A stretch of DNA of 38,781 nt from Burkholderiales bacterium (GTDB taxonomy: Bacteria; Vulcanimicrobiota; Xenobia; Xenobiales; Xenobiaceae): assembly GCA_012799975.1 (NCBI GenBank), contig JAAZKF010000111.1:1-38781 (forward strand), read 5' to 3'. The notes under the pieces were generated by a model. That model was not told the DNA's origin, searched no databases, and saw nothing but the letters and a program-made list of their open reading frames with translations. Each line of letters begins with the position of its first letter. Within the stretch, counting starts at the first letter, position 1. The translations under genes were made by a program, and so were the position numbers. Below, piece after piece: positions 25,752 through 35,365 of the stretch.

Positions 25752-28292
25752 ATGACCACCAAGCGCTTCCTCCCACTGCGGACGCGGCTTCTGCTCTCGG
25801 TCGTCCCGCTTCTGCTCCTGTTCATGGCCTTCAATTTCGTGGTGATCCTGCATCACGAGACGCGGAACCTGACCCGCGAAACCGAGAAACGGGCATCATC
25901 CCTGGCGGCCGGCCTGTCGATCCTGTCGGCGGAGGCCATGCTGACCTTCTCGAACTACCTCCTGGACCAGAACACGGCCCGTTTCGGAAGCCTTCCCGAT
26001 GTAGCCTACTGCATGGTCCTGGGGCCCGATGGCGCCATCCGTGCCCACTCGCAGAGCTCAGAGGTGGGCCGCCGCTACCAGGACACGCTCACCCGGAGCG
26101 CCGTCTCCACAGCCATTGAACGCATCGAATACCAGGTATGGGAAGGCCGGAAGATACTGGACGTGGCCACCCCCATCCGGGTGGGCGATCGGCGCCTGGG
26201 AACGGTCCGGATCGGCCTGACGTTGGACGGCAGGGACCAGGTCCTGGAGCAGTCGCGACGCTACCTCGTAGGTCTGACCCTGGTCCTCCTGTCGGGAGCC
26301 CTGCTCTTCACCGCCTTCATCGCCCGCTGGTTCACCGACCCCCTCCTGAACCTGGCGGCGGTCTCGCGAGACTTGGCCCAGGGCAACCTGGATGCCCGCG
26401 CCGACACCGGCCGCCGCGACGAAATCGGATTTCTGGGGGAGGGCCTCAACCGGATGGCCCGGCGCCTCCAATCACAGGTGGAGCGTGAGAGGCTGGCCCG
26501 AGAAAAACTGCAGGAGAGGGTTCGGGACCTTCTGGACTTTGCCGACGGGGTCATGTCGGGGAACCTGCACGGCCAGGCCACTGTCGAGGACCTCGATGAG
26601 ATGGGGCAGTTGACCATGGCGGTCAACGAAATGGTCCGCCACCTGCGCAGCCTCCTGGAAGAGGAGCGGGCCAGCCGGGCCAACCTGGAACAGTCCAAAC
26701 AGGCTTTGGAACAAGCCCATGAGAAGCTCAAGGAGGTCGACCGACTCAAGAGCGAGTTCCTCAACACGGTAAGCCACGAGTTGCGCACCCCCCTGACCTC
26801 GATCAAGGCCTTTGCCGAGATCCTGCTGGAGAACCCGGCCGAAGACCCGGAAACCCAGATCGAGTTCCTGGGGATCATCAACAAAGAGGCCGACCGGCTC
26901 ACCCGGCTTATCAACAACCTGCTGGATCTCTCACGGATCGAGGCGGGCAAGATGAAGTGGGACTTCCAGGAGGTAGACCTGGACGAAGTCGTCTCCTGCG
27001 CCGCCGCCACCCTCCGAGGGGCTACCGAGAAGAAGGGTGTGCATCTGGAGGTCTCTCACCGCCCCGGGATGCTGGTCCGGGGCGATCGGGACAAGCTGAT
27101 CCAGGTATTGACGAACTTGCTCGGCAATGCGATCAAGTTCACCTCGGAAGGTGGAAGGATCCGCGTGGCCGCCTGGAAGGGCGAAGACCATCACGAGATG
27201 ACCGTCGAGGACACGGGCATCGGCATCCCCGAGAAGTTCCTGGAGGTGATCTTCGAGAAGTTCGGCCGCGTAGATTCGTCCGAAACCCGGGAGATCAAGG
27301 GAACCGGATTGGGGCTTTCGATTGCCCACAGCATCGTACAGGCCCACTCCGGCGAGATTTCCGTCGAGAGCACGGAAGGGCAGGGCAGCACCTTCCGGGT
27401 CGTCCTTCCCGCCTTGAAGCAGATGGAACGCCCCCGGATGGCCCTTCCCCACCGCCTGCTGAGTGAGCCGGGGACGGGCCGAACCGTCCTGGTCGTGGAT
27501 GATGAAGAGAATATCCGCCGCCTCCTTCGTTACATCCTGGAGGGCGAAGGATTCCGGGTCCTGGAGGCGCAGAACGGCCGACAGGCCATGGACATGGCGC
27601 TGGAAAACCATCCCGACGTGATCACCTTGGATATCATGCTGCCTGACAAGGACGGATTCGAAGTCCTGAAGGACCTCAAGGAGAATCCCGAACTCCAGGC
27701 CATTCCGGTGGTGATCCTGTCCATCATCGAGGACCGCGAGAAGGTCTTCCGCATGGGCGCGGCGGGATTCCTGTCCAAGCCGATCGACCGCGACGCCCTC
27801 TTGAACCGCATCCACGAGCTGACCGCCGGGATCAGCCTGAAGGATCGCGAGGTCCTCCTGGTTGACGATGACGAGGCCACGCTCCAAGCCCTGACGGCCA
27901 CCTTCCAAGCGCGGGGTTTCCGGGTCCGAACCGCCCGGGATGGAGAGAAGGCCTTGGGCGAAATCGCTCGGAAACACCCGGCCATCGTGGTGTTGGACCT
28001 GAACATGCCCCGGATGTCCGGGCACGAGGTGATCCGGGAGCTGAAGCGCAATTCCCAGACAGCCGCCATCCCCATCCTGGTCCTGACGGGGTCTCCGCCC
28101 GACGAGCACACCCACGCCCTGGGGATGGGCGCGGACGCACTGCTCACCAAACCTTTCTCACTGGACGAATTGACCGACCTGGTGCGCAACACCCTGGCCG
28201 AAGCGACGGTGGTAGGGGCAAGTTCTCCAGCCCCTCCCAGCCCACCCGCCCCGACGGCGGGTGCCGCCGCCACGGAACCGACGGAGGAGTAG
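25752..28292 (+). CDS. Hybrid sensor histidine kinase (TM-extracytoplasmic-TM, 2 HAMP, HisKA, HATPase, 2 REC)
   Basis: VSHELRTPL, NLLGNAIKF, DTGIG and GTGLGL, followed by two receiver domains (LDIMLP; LDLNMP). Confidence 0.93.
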   Translation: MTTKRFLPLRTRLLLSVVPLLLLFMAFNFVVILHHETRNLTRETEKRASSLAAGLSILSAEAMLTFSNYLLDQNTARFGSLPDVAYCMVLGPDGAIRAHSQSSEVGRRYQDTLTRSAVSTAIERIEYQVWEGRKILDVATPIRVGDRRLGTVRIGLTLDGRDQVLEQSRRYLVGLTLVLLSGALLFTAFIARWFTDPLLNLAAVSRDLAQGNLDARADTGRRDEIGFLGEGLNRMARRLQSQVERERLAREKLQERVRDLLDFADGVMSGNLHGQATVEDLDEMGQLTMAVNEMVRHLRSLLEEERASRANLEQSKQALEQAHEKLKEVDRLKSEFLNTVSHELRTPLTSIKAFAEILLENPAEDPETQIEFLGIINKEADRLTRLINNLLDLSRIEAGKMKWDFQEVDLDEVVSCAAATLRGATEKKGVHLEVSHRPGMLVRGDRDKLIQVLTNLLGNAIKFTSEGGRIRVAAWKGEDHHEMTVEDTGIGIPEKFLEVIFEKFGRVDSSETREIKGTGLGLSIAHSIVQAHSGEISVESTEGQGSTFRVVLPALKQMERPRMALPHRLLSEPGTGRTVLVVDDEENIRRLLRYILEGEGFRVLEAQNGRQAMDMALENHPDVITLDIMLPDKDGFEVLKDLKENPELQAIPVVILSIIEDREKVFRMGAAGFLSKPIDRDALLNRIHELTAGISLKDREVLLVDDDEATLQALTATFQARGFRVRTARDGEKALGEIARKHPAIVVLDLNMPRMSGHEVIRELKRNSQTAAIPILVLTGSPPDEHTHALGMGADALLTKPFSLDELTDLVRNTLAEATVVGASSPAPPSPPAPTAGAAATEPTEE

Positions 28293-28296
28293 CTGA

Positions 28297-28671
28297 ATGC
28301 CCAAGACCATCCTGGTGGCCGACGACGAACCCTATGTGCTCCGCTCCTTGGAGTTCATCCTGAAGAAAGAGGGGTATCGCGTCCTCACCGCTACCGACGG
28401 GCAAGATGCGTTGGAGAAAATCCGCCAGGAACTCCCCGACCTGGTCTTCCTGGACATCCAGATGCCCCGAATGGACGGGAACACGCTCTGTCAGACCCTC
28501 CGCAAGGAGCCCACGACCCGCGACCTGCGCATCATCATGATCACGGCCAAGGGCCAGGAGGCAGACCGCCTCCAGGCCTTGGAATCCGGGGCCGACGAGT
28601 TCATCACCAAACCCTACTCGCCCCGCAAACTGGTCGAACGCGTTCGGGAAATCCTGGGCCCGTCTGCCTGA
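28297..28671 (+). CDS. Single-domain response regulator
   Basis: VADDE, LDIQMPRMDG, ITA and TKP motifs. GGAG SD. Confidence 0.93.
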   Translation: MPKTILVADDEPYVLRSLEFILKKEGYRVLTATDGQDALEKIRQELPDLVFLDIQMPRMDGNTLCQTLRKEPTTRDLRIIMITAKGQEADRLQALESGADEFITKPYSPRKLVERVREILGPSA

Positions 28672-28809
28672 AACCTCCCCGACGCGACTCCCGCCTGACC
28701 GGATGGCAACAACTGCGTCACCCTACTCCCTCCGGCCGCTCCTAGAATCGGGGCACATAAATCCTGAACCCACCGTATTCAGGATGAATCCGGAGGTCTT
28801 GAAAGTCCG

Positions 28810-28968
28810 ATGCTGATCCCGTCCAACCATCTGCTGGCCATGCCCCTTGCCCGGATGGGGTGGGGCGCCCGGCCCTCCACGTGCATCCAGGCCCCTGCCG
28901 AGGTCTTCGGCCCTGCTCGTCCCGAAGACTTCCAGGGCCTGTACGGCGGACCGGTCTTCGGGGCCTGA
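28810..28968 (+). CDS. Putative 52-aa small protein (not in the ORF track)
   Basis: MLIPSNHLLAMPLARMGWGARPSTCIQAPAEVFGPARPEDFQGLYGGPVFGA. Most codons end in G/C. GGAGG at 28792-28796 gives a long 13-nt spacing. Confidence 0.35.
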   Translation: MLIPSNHLLAMPLARMGWGARPSTCIQAPAEVFGPARPEDFQGLYGGPVFGA

Positions 28969-29015
28969 ATCCTTGCCAGGGTTGGAGACCTCCCGGGGCG
29001 AAAAGTGCTTCGCCC

Positions 29016-30368
29016 ATGACCACAAGCCCAGTCCTGCTTCCGGATCCTGGCCTGCTTGAGCCCTTCAACGATTCCCTGAAGGGTGCAGGCTTCGTCCTTA
29101 CCGACCCTGGAGGGAAGGCCCTCCGCGTCGCCGCCAACCCTTGTGGAGGCTGGGACGATGAATGCCTGGTCGGCCCCCTTTGTCCCCATGGTTGGTCCGT
29201 ACGCCGGGCCCCGATCACGGTCTCGGGGGGGGTGGTGGGCTTTCTGGTCGAGCAACGCGCCCCCGACAGTCCAGCCCCCGACCTCTTCGAGGCGGTTCGG
29301 AGATTGTTGGCGGACGGGGCTCAGACCCGTCTGGACCTGGACAGCACGGTGGCCGAGCTGGTCGAGAAATACGAACTGCTCTCGGTCCTGTACGATTCGG
29401 CCGCCACCATCGTCAGCATCAGCAGCCTGGAAGAGGTCTCCCAACGCATCCTGGACGAGGCTGTTCAGACCCTGGAGGTGGAGTACGCCTCCTTGATGCT
29501 GATAGAAGAATCCGGCACCTCGCTGCGCGTGGCGGCGGCCCGAGGCCTCCGCGGCGACAGTGGCGGCAAGACCTCCATCGAACTGGGCGAAGGCATCGCG
29601 GGCTACGTGGCCCGACAAGGCAAGCCACTGCTGGTCGAAGACCTCTCTACCCACGAACTGGCCTGCCAGGCGACTCGGGAGGAATACCGACCCGGATCGC
29701 TGCTCTCGGTGCCCTTGAAGGTCAAGGACCGGGTCCTGGGGGTTCTCAACGTCCACAAGACCACCGGTCCTCCCTTCCGAACCGGGGACCTCAAACTGCT
29801 CTCGGCCCTGGCGGACCTGGCCGCGCTGTCGATCGAGAATGCCCGGACCTATCAGAATGCGATAACCGACCGGCTGACGAGCCTGTACAACTACGGATAT
29901 TTCAAAGAGCAGTTGGAGGCTTCGCTGGAGGCGGCACGAAAAGCGGGGGCCACCCTGTCTCTTGTGATGTTCGACATCGACCATTTCAAGAACTTCAACG
30001 ACAAGAATGGTCACGAACTGGGCAACATGGTCCTGGTGGGAGTGGCCGCCATCTGCCTGGCCAACTGCCGCCAGAAAACCGACCGGGTGCCGGATCTGGT
30101 GGCCCGCTACGGGGGTGAGGAATTCATCATCATGCTGCAAGGAGTCCCCCGCGACGATGCCTTCCGGGTAGCCGAACGCATCCGCAGGCTGGTGCAGGAC
30201 GAACCCTTCGAGGGAGCCGAGAACCAACCCGGAGGCCGGGTTACCATCAGCCTCGGGGTCGCCTCCTTCCCCGACGACGCCCTGACCAGCGATGCCTTGA
30301 TAAACCGGGCCGACGAGGCCCTCTACCGTGCCAAGAGGAGCGGTCGCAACAATGTCCAGCTCGCCTGA
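29016..30368 (+). CDS. GAF + GGDEF diguanylate cyclase
   Basis: GAF (GEGIAGYVA...SLLSVPL...GVLNV), DRLTSLYN, DIDHFK, RVPD I-site and RYGGEEF. Start uncertain. Confidence 0.92.
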   Translation: MTTSPVLLPDPGLLEPFNDSLKGAGFVLTDPGGKALRVAANPCGGWDDECLVGPLCPHGWSVRRAPITVSGGVVGFLVEQRAPDSPAPDLFEAVRRLLADGAQTRLDLDSTVAELVEKYELLSVLYDSAATIVSISSLEEVSQRILDEAVQTLEVEYASLMLIEESGTSLRVAAARGLRGDSGGKTSIELGEGIAGYVARQGKPLLVEDLSTHELACQATREEYRPGSLLSVPLKVKDRVLGVLNVHKTTGPPFRTGDLKLLSALADLAALSIENARTYQNAITDRLTSLYNYGYFKEQLEASLEAARKAGATLSLVMFDIDHFKNFNDKNGHELGNMVLVGVAAICLANCRQKTDRVPDLVARYGGEEFIIMLQGVPRDDAFRVAERIRRLVQDEPFEGAENQPGGRVTISLGVASFPDDALTSDALINRADEALYRAKRSGRNNVQLA

Positions 30369-31509
30369 GTCCCCCGACCAGGCTCTGCCCGAAATTCCCC
30401 GCTCGGCGCCCTTGTGGCCCCTGGTGATCGTGGCCTTCCTGGCCGGGCTCACGGGCATCTTCCTGATGCTTCCTCAAACCGCGCCCCCGCCGCCTCAGCG
30501 CGTCGCCTCGATCCCGGCGGAAGAATCCACCTCGTCGCCCGCGATTCCGGGGGCCTTCCAACTGATCCATGTGGGTGGGGCCGACTCCACCTTCGGCCAG
30601 ACCGCCCAGCTCCTGGCCAAGCAGATCCGGGACCTCAGCCAGGGCAGCTTGAAGGTGGAGGTCCTGTCCGACGGGAGGTTCCAGGGCCGGAAGTACGGCG
30701 AACTGGCCTTGATGCGCATGCTTCAGGAGGGTCGCTTCGCGTTGGCCTTCCTCTCGACGGCCCCGATGACCAACGTCGACCCCGCGCTGGCGGTCCTGGA
30801 TCTCCCATTCCTCATCGACTCCTATGAGCATGCCGACCGGGTCATGGACGGCCCCGTCGGTCGGGATCTGCTGGACACCTTGGAACCGGCGGGCCTGGTC
30901 GGGCTGGGCTTCCTGGAGACAGGCTTCCGCGTCCTGTCCTCTTCGGTGCCACTCCCCGATCTGAAGTCCCTGGAAGGTCGCCGGATCCGCGTCATGCAGA
31001 GTCCAATCCAGGTGAACTTCATCCGGGCCCTGGGAGCCGAACCGGTCCCCTCGGCAGTGGACCGCATCCACGAAATGGGAAGGCAGGGCTTCATCGACGC
31101 GGCCGATCGCTCCTATCCCACCTACTGGGATTTCAAACTGTACGAGGTCCACCGGCACCTCACCGAGACCAACCACGCCTACTCGTGCAAGGCGATGGTG
31201 GCCAATCTGCCATGGTGGAAGGGCCTGACCCCCGAGGTGCGCCAGGCGATCATGACCGCTGTCCGGGAAGCAGAGATGGGGCACCGTCTCCGTCAGCGCC
31301 AGGAAGAGGCCCGCGTGAAGAGCCTGGCTACGCGCGAGCGCATCACCATCCACACCCTGTCTGCCGCAGAACGCGAACGGTTCCGAACCCGTGTTCAGCC
31401 TCTGCTGGACACCTTCAAGCGGACCCACGGCCCGGCTCTGATCGAAAGGATCCGCGCCCAGGCAGTGGACCAGGACGTCCGCAGCATGGGGACCGACCAG
31501 GCCCCCTGA
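30352..31509 (+). CDS. TRAP-type solute-binding protein (DctP family) with N-terminal hydrophobic anchor/signal
   Basis: LDLPFL, GFLETGFR, LEGRRIRV and ALGAEPVP motifs. Overlaps the end of the cyclase gene. Confidence 0.85.
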   Translation: MSSSPESPDQALPEIPRSAPLWPLVIVAFLAGLTGIFLMLPQTAPPPPQRVASIPAEESTSSPAIPGAFQLIHVGGADSTFGQTAQLLAKQIRDLSQGSLKVEVLSDGRFQGRKYGELALMRMLQEGRFALAFLSTAPMTNVDPALAVLDLPFLIDSYEHADRVMDGPVGRDLLDTLEPAGLVGLGFLETGFRVLSSSVPLPDLKSLEGRRIRVMQSPIQVNFIRALGAEPVPSAVDRIHEMGRQGFIDAADRSYPTYWDFKLYEVHRHLTETNHAYSCKAMVANLPWWKGLTPEVRQAIMTAVREAEMGHRLRQRQEEARVKSLATRERITIHTLSAAERERFRTRVQPLLDTFKRTHGPALIERIRAQAVDQDVRSMGTDQAP

Positions 31510-31511
31510 AG

Positions 31512-31563
31512 GATGGCCCTCTACAACCGGAGGCTGCTGCCATTCGTGCTGTAGAGGGCCATC
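31512..31563. terminator. 14-bp inverted repeat between convergent genes
   Basis: GATGGCCCTCTACA / TGTAGAGGGCCATC with a 24-nt loop; no canonical U-tract. Confidence 0.5.
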
Positions 31564-31598
31564 AAAAACAAGTTCTACTCGGAAGTCGGCTCGGGGCT

Positions 31599-33218
31599 CT
31601 AGATATCTTCCTCCGGCCTCGGCTCGGTGCTCTCACGGGTGAAGGAGAGCCCGAAGAACAGGATCGCCAGGGCCAGGTATCCGGAGGAGAACTGGTAGGG
31701 GATTGCCCGCAGGAAAGGCTCTGGAATATTCCACGGCAAGTACATGTTGCCATCCGGATAGACCGAGTGGATCACGCCGAAGAAGGCCAGGCCCGCCAGG
31801 ATAACCAGGTAGACGGCTGCCTGGCGAAGTTTCCGGTCGATCAACAGGGCCACCCAGGCGCCCCAGAGCATGGAAGTCAGGATGAAACCATTGCCCAGGG
31901 CGATGGTGACCAGGTCGGCGTTCAGGAACTGCTCGGTCCTGGTGGCAAGTTCTTTTACCATGTTTGCGAACTTGGCGGCATAGCCCATCTGGATCTCCAC
32001 CACCCGCGCCAGGTTCGGGAATAAGGCCATGGCGACGGCCGGGCCGTGGATAGGGGGGCAGGTCTGGAAGGCCTGGACGACGATATCCAAAGCCACGAAG
32101 ATCAGGATCGGCGCCAACACCGCTTTGGGGATGGCCGCCACGATGAAGCCGATGAAGCCCAGCATGCCGCCCAGGCCCACGAAAAGGCCGGTCAGCAAGG
32201 TGTAGCCTGCCCGGCTGCCCATGGTCTTGTAGGCCGGCTGGCCGATGTAGGGGGTGGACTGGGCCACACCGCCGCAAATTCCGGCTACCAAAGTTGCGAT
32301 GGCCTCGGTCAGCAGTATGTCCCGGGTGTTGTAGTCGTCGCCGGCAACTCGGGCGCTTTCGGTGACGTTGATGCCGCCCACCACCGTCAGGATGGCGAAC
32401 GGAATGGCGATGGGCAGGAACATCAGGCCATCACGCAGGCCGTGCACGAACCCCAGGTTGGGGATGGGCAGGCCCATCGTCAGTTCCATCTTGGGCCAGA
32501 CGATCTCACCCCCCACCAGGCCGTAGGCGGCCAGGGGGTAGTACAGGGCCGTTCCGAGAACAACTGCCGCCAGGACGCCCGGGATGTTGAAGGGAAGGCG
32601 GATCCGGGCCACCAGGGTGTAGAGGATCAGACCCAATGAAATCAGGCCCACCAGCGGGGCGCCCATGACTTCCAACAGCGGTATGAAGCCGATCAAGGCC
32701 AAGCCAACCCCGGCCAGCGAACCCAACAGACCGGCCTGGGGGATGATGCGCTGCAGCCAGTTGCCGGCAAAGGAAAAGACGGTCTTGAAAATGCCGATGT
32801 AGACCATCACGGCCATGCCGACATACCAGGTCTGCATGGCGGCTGCCTGGTCATCCATGCCCTGGCCCTGATACATCTTGAAGGCCGGCCCCAGGACCGT
32901 GAAGGCCACGCCGATGGTCGAGGGGGTATCCAGTCCCAGCGGCATGGCGGTGACCTGCCGACCGGTCCGCTTGGCCAACTGGAAGGCCATCCAGGTGTAG
33001 ACCAGGTCGCCGAACAGCACACCGAAGGCCGTCCCGGGGAACATCCGGGTGAAGACGATGTCGGCGGGCATCTCGAAGGTCTGGATCAGGATCATGGCCA
33101 TGAACGACAAGACCGTGACGTTGTCGAACATCAGGCCGAAGAACCCGTTCAGGTCTCCGGGGACGAACCAGCGGTAGCGAAACCCCTCCTTCGGATCCAT
33201 GACAGCGGACTGGGACAT
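31599..33218 (-). CDS. NCS2/AzgA-like (xanthine/uracil-type) permease
   Basis: GDLNGFFGL..DN, TAMPLGLDTP, ESARVAGD and YIGQPAYK..G.RAGYT motifs, with many TM helices. Confidence 0.75.
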   Translation of the reverse strand: MSQSAVMDPKEGFRYRWFVPGDLNGFFGLMFDNVTVLSFMAMILIQTFEMPADIVFTRMFPGTAFGVLFGDLVYTWMAFQLAKRTGRQVTAMPLGLDTPSTIGVAFTVLGPAFKMYQGQGMDDQAAAMQTWYVGMAVMVYIGIFKTVFSFAGNWLQRIIPQAGLLGSLAGVGLALIGFIPLLEVMGAPLVGLISLGLILYTLVARIRLPFNIPGVLAAVVLGTALYYPLAAYGLVGGEIVWPKMELTMGLPIPNLGFVHGLRDGLMFLPIAIPFAILTVVGGINVTESARVAGDDYNTRDILLTEAIATLVAGICGGVAQSTPYIGQPAYKTMGSRAGYTLLTGLFVGLGGMLGFIGFIVAAIPKAVLAPILIFVALDIVVQAFQTCPPIHGPAVAMALFPNLARVVEIQMGYAAKFANMVKELATRTEQFLNADLVTIALGNGFILTSMLWGAWVALLIDRKLRQAAVYLVILAGLAFFGVIHSVYPDGNMYLPWNIPEPFLRAIPYQFSSGYLALAILFFGLSFTRESTEPRPEEDI

Positions 33219-33315
33219 GGGGCGGGCGAACCTCCAGGTGGTTCCTCCCGGTTCAATGTACCGGGAGATGGATGAGCCGCAACTTCTCGACCGAAGGGTG
33301 CGAACCTTTCCCGAA

Positions 33316-33351
33316 CCCGACCTTCGTGGTGAAGGCTCCGCGAAGGTCGGG
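33316..33351. repeat. Inverted repeat in the divergent promoter region
   Basis: CCCGACCTTCGTGG / CCGCGAAGGTCGGG (14 bp, one G-U pair on the + strand). Confidence 0.6.
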
Positions 33352-33399
33352 GCGAATCCCTCATGAAAGTCATGCCAACCTGGGAGGTCATCGGATCAC

Positions 33400-34149
33400 G
33401 TGAGAAGCTCGAACCCGGTCCTCGGGGAGAAAACCTTCATCCGCTTCGTGGAGGAGGGCCCCGCACCCAACACCAACACCATGACCCTGCCGGGGGTCAT
33501 CAACAAAACGGCCTTGCTGTTCCTGCTGCTGGTCGCCGCGGCCACGGTGACCTGGGTCCAGGCGGCCAATAACCCAGAGAGCGCCATACACCTGATTGCG
33601 GTCGGGTCCGTCCTGGGCTTCATCGTGGCCATGGTCACGGTCTTCAAGCCGGAGTGGTCTCCCTTCACTTCCCCCGTCTACGCCCTGTTGGAAGGGCTCG
33701 TCCTGGGCGGAATCTCGGCCTTCTTTGAGATGCTGTACCCGGGAATCATCATGCAGGCGGTGGGCTGCACCTTCGGCACCATGTTCTGCCTGTTGGCTGC
33801 CTACCGCTCGGGGCTGGTCCAGGCCACCGAGAACTTAAAGTTGATGGTGGTCTCGGCCACCGGCGGCATCGCACTGCTCTATCTGGTCAGCTTCGGACTG
33901 CGCCTCTTCACCAGCTACTCCATCCCCTTCATCCACGAGGGCGGCTTCTGGGGCATCGCCTTCAGTCTGTTCGTGGTGGCCATCGCCGCACTGAACCTGG
34001 TGTTGGATTTCGACTTCATCGAAAATGGTGTTGAAGCCGGTGCTCCCAAGTTCATGGAGTGGTACGCCGCCTTCGGCCTGATGGTGACCCTGATCTGGCT
34101 GTACCTGGAGATCCTCAAACTCCTGGGCAAGTCACGCAGCCGCAGCTGA
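33400..34149 (+). CDS. Bax inhibitor-1/YccA family membrane protein
   Basis: MRSSNP, MTLPGVINKT, YALLEG, LVLDFDFIE and EWYAAFGLMVTLIWLYLEIL motifs. GGAGG SD. Confidence 0.92.
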   Translation: MRSSNPVLGEKTFIRFVEEGPAPNTNTMTLPGVINKTALLFLLLVAAATVTWVQAANNPESAIHLIAVGSVLGFIVAMVTVFKPEWSPFTSPVYALLEGLVLGGISAFFEMLYPGIIMQAVGCTFGTMFCLLAAYRSGLVQATENLKLMVVSATGGIALLYLVSFGLRLFTSYSIPFIHEGGFWGIAFSLFVVAIAALNLVLDFDFIENGVEAGAPKFMEWYAAFGLMVTLIWLYLEILKLLGKSRSRS

Positions 34150-34181
34150 AGGGCAGAGCACGGATCCGCCAAGGGTCCTTG

Positions 34182-34220
34182 AGAGAAGAGCCCGGAGCGC
34201 CTGCCGGGCTCTTCTCTTTT
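34182..34220 (+). terminator. Rho-independent terminator
   Basis: AGAGAAGAGCCCGG / CCGGGCTCTTCTCT followed by TTT, between convergent genes. Confidence 0.75.
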
Positions 34221-35356
34221 CAGTTTCCGTGAACCACCGGGAGGTGGACGGTGAAGGTCGTCCCCTCCCCCGGGGTGCTCTGCACCTCGATCCGGCCTCC
34301 GTGAGCCTCGACGATCTCCAAGGCCACCGACAGGCCCAGACCGGTGCCCCCCAGTTCTGCTCCTGGCCCATCCAAGGTGCGATAGAAGCGTTCGAATATG
34401 CGGGGAAGGTCCTCCGAGGTGATCCCCACCCCGTCATCCTGGACCACGACCAGGACCTCCCGGTCCTGAAAAGCCGTGCGAACCAGAACCTTGCCTTCCC
34501 CACGCAGACCGGTGAAGCGGACGGCGTTATCGACCAGGTTGACCAGGGCGCGTTGCAGCAGGTCGAAGTCCAGAGTCAACCAGGGCAGGTCTTCGCCATG
34601 TTCGATCTGAAGTTCCACGCCCTTGTTGGCGGCCACCGGGCGAAACATCTCCAGCGCCGCTTCCACGATGGGTTCCAGTCGGCCACGAGTCCGGAATATG
34701 GTCGGAGCCTCTCCGGAGTGGGCCGTCTCTTCCAGGGACATGACCAGGCGGACCAGACGATTGGTCTCCTCATTGATGATCTGCAAGAAGCGATGGGTGA
34801 TCTCGTGGTCCCGATAGCTCCCCTCCAGGAGGGTCTCGACGAAACCCTTGATGGAGGTCAGCGGCACCGAGATACGCTGGATCATGTCCTCGATGATCTG
34901 GTCTAGACCCCGCTCGATCTTCTGGACCCCGGCCATGTCCCGTAGCACCGCGATGGCTCCCAGATTCCGCCCCCGACTGGTGCGCACCGGTGTCATCTGG
35001 ACCGCGAAGAGCCGATTCCCGGGGAAGACCATGACCTGCTCGCTGGGCACGGGGTCGCTGGACTTGACCAGGCCGATGAAGGCGCGGGTAAATTCGTCCA
35101 GAGGCAGGACCTCCAGAACGCTCCTCCCTATCGCTTCCTTGGGTTTCACGCCGAAGAGGCGACCAGCCAGGCGATTGAAGACGCGCAGGTCGCCGCTGCG
35201 ATCTATCCCCAGGCAGGGGTCCGAGAGATTCTCGATCAAGGCATCAGCAAGCTGTCCTTCAATGCGGGGAGGCAAGGACTCAGGACCTCCGCAGGACCAG
35301 GAGGGGACCAACAAGGGAGAGGCCACGCCCGATCCAGAAAGAGAATTTTCCCCCAA
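34220..35356 (-). CDS. Soluble PAS-DHp-HATPase PhoR/WalK-like protein lacking the H-box His (putative pseudokinase)
   Basis: PAS domain, then DMIQRISVPLTSIKGFVETLL where SHELRTPLTSIKG is expected. N, G1, F and G2 boxes intact. Start uncertain. Confidence 0.85.
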   Translation of the reverse strand: MGENSLSGSGVASPLLVPSWSCGGPESLPPRIEGQLADALIENLSDPCLGIDRSGDLRVFNRLAGRLFGVKPKEAIGRSVLEVLPLDEFTRAFIGLVKSSDPVPSEQVMVFPGNRLFAVQMTPVRTSRGRNLGAIAVLRDMAGVQKIERGLDQIIEDMIQRISVPLTSIKGFVETLLEGSYRDHEITHRFLQIINEETNRLVRLVMSLEETAHSGEAPTIFRTRGRLEPIVEAALEMFRPVAANKGVELQIEHGEDLPWLTLDFDLLQRALVNLVDNAVRFTGLRGEGKVLVRTAFQDREVLVVVQDDGVGITSEDLPRIFERFYRTLDGPGAELGGTGLGLSVALEIVEAHGGRIEVQSTPGEGTTFTVHLPVVHGN

Positions 35357-35365
35357 AAAAAGAAA

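Noticed and set aside
33219-33399. Purine riboswitch upstream of the NCS2-like permease
   Set aside because: No purine-riboswitch consensus is visible on the minus strand, only a generic inverted repeat.
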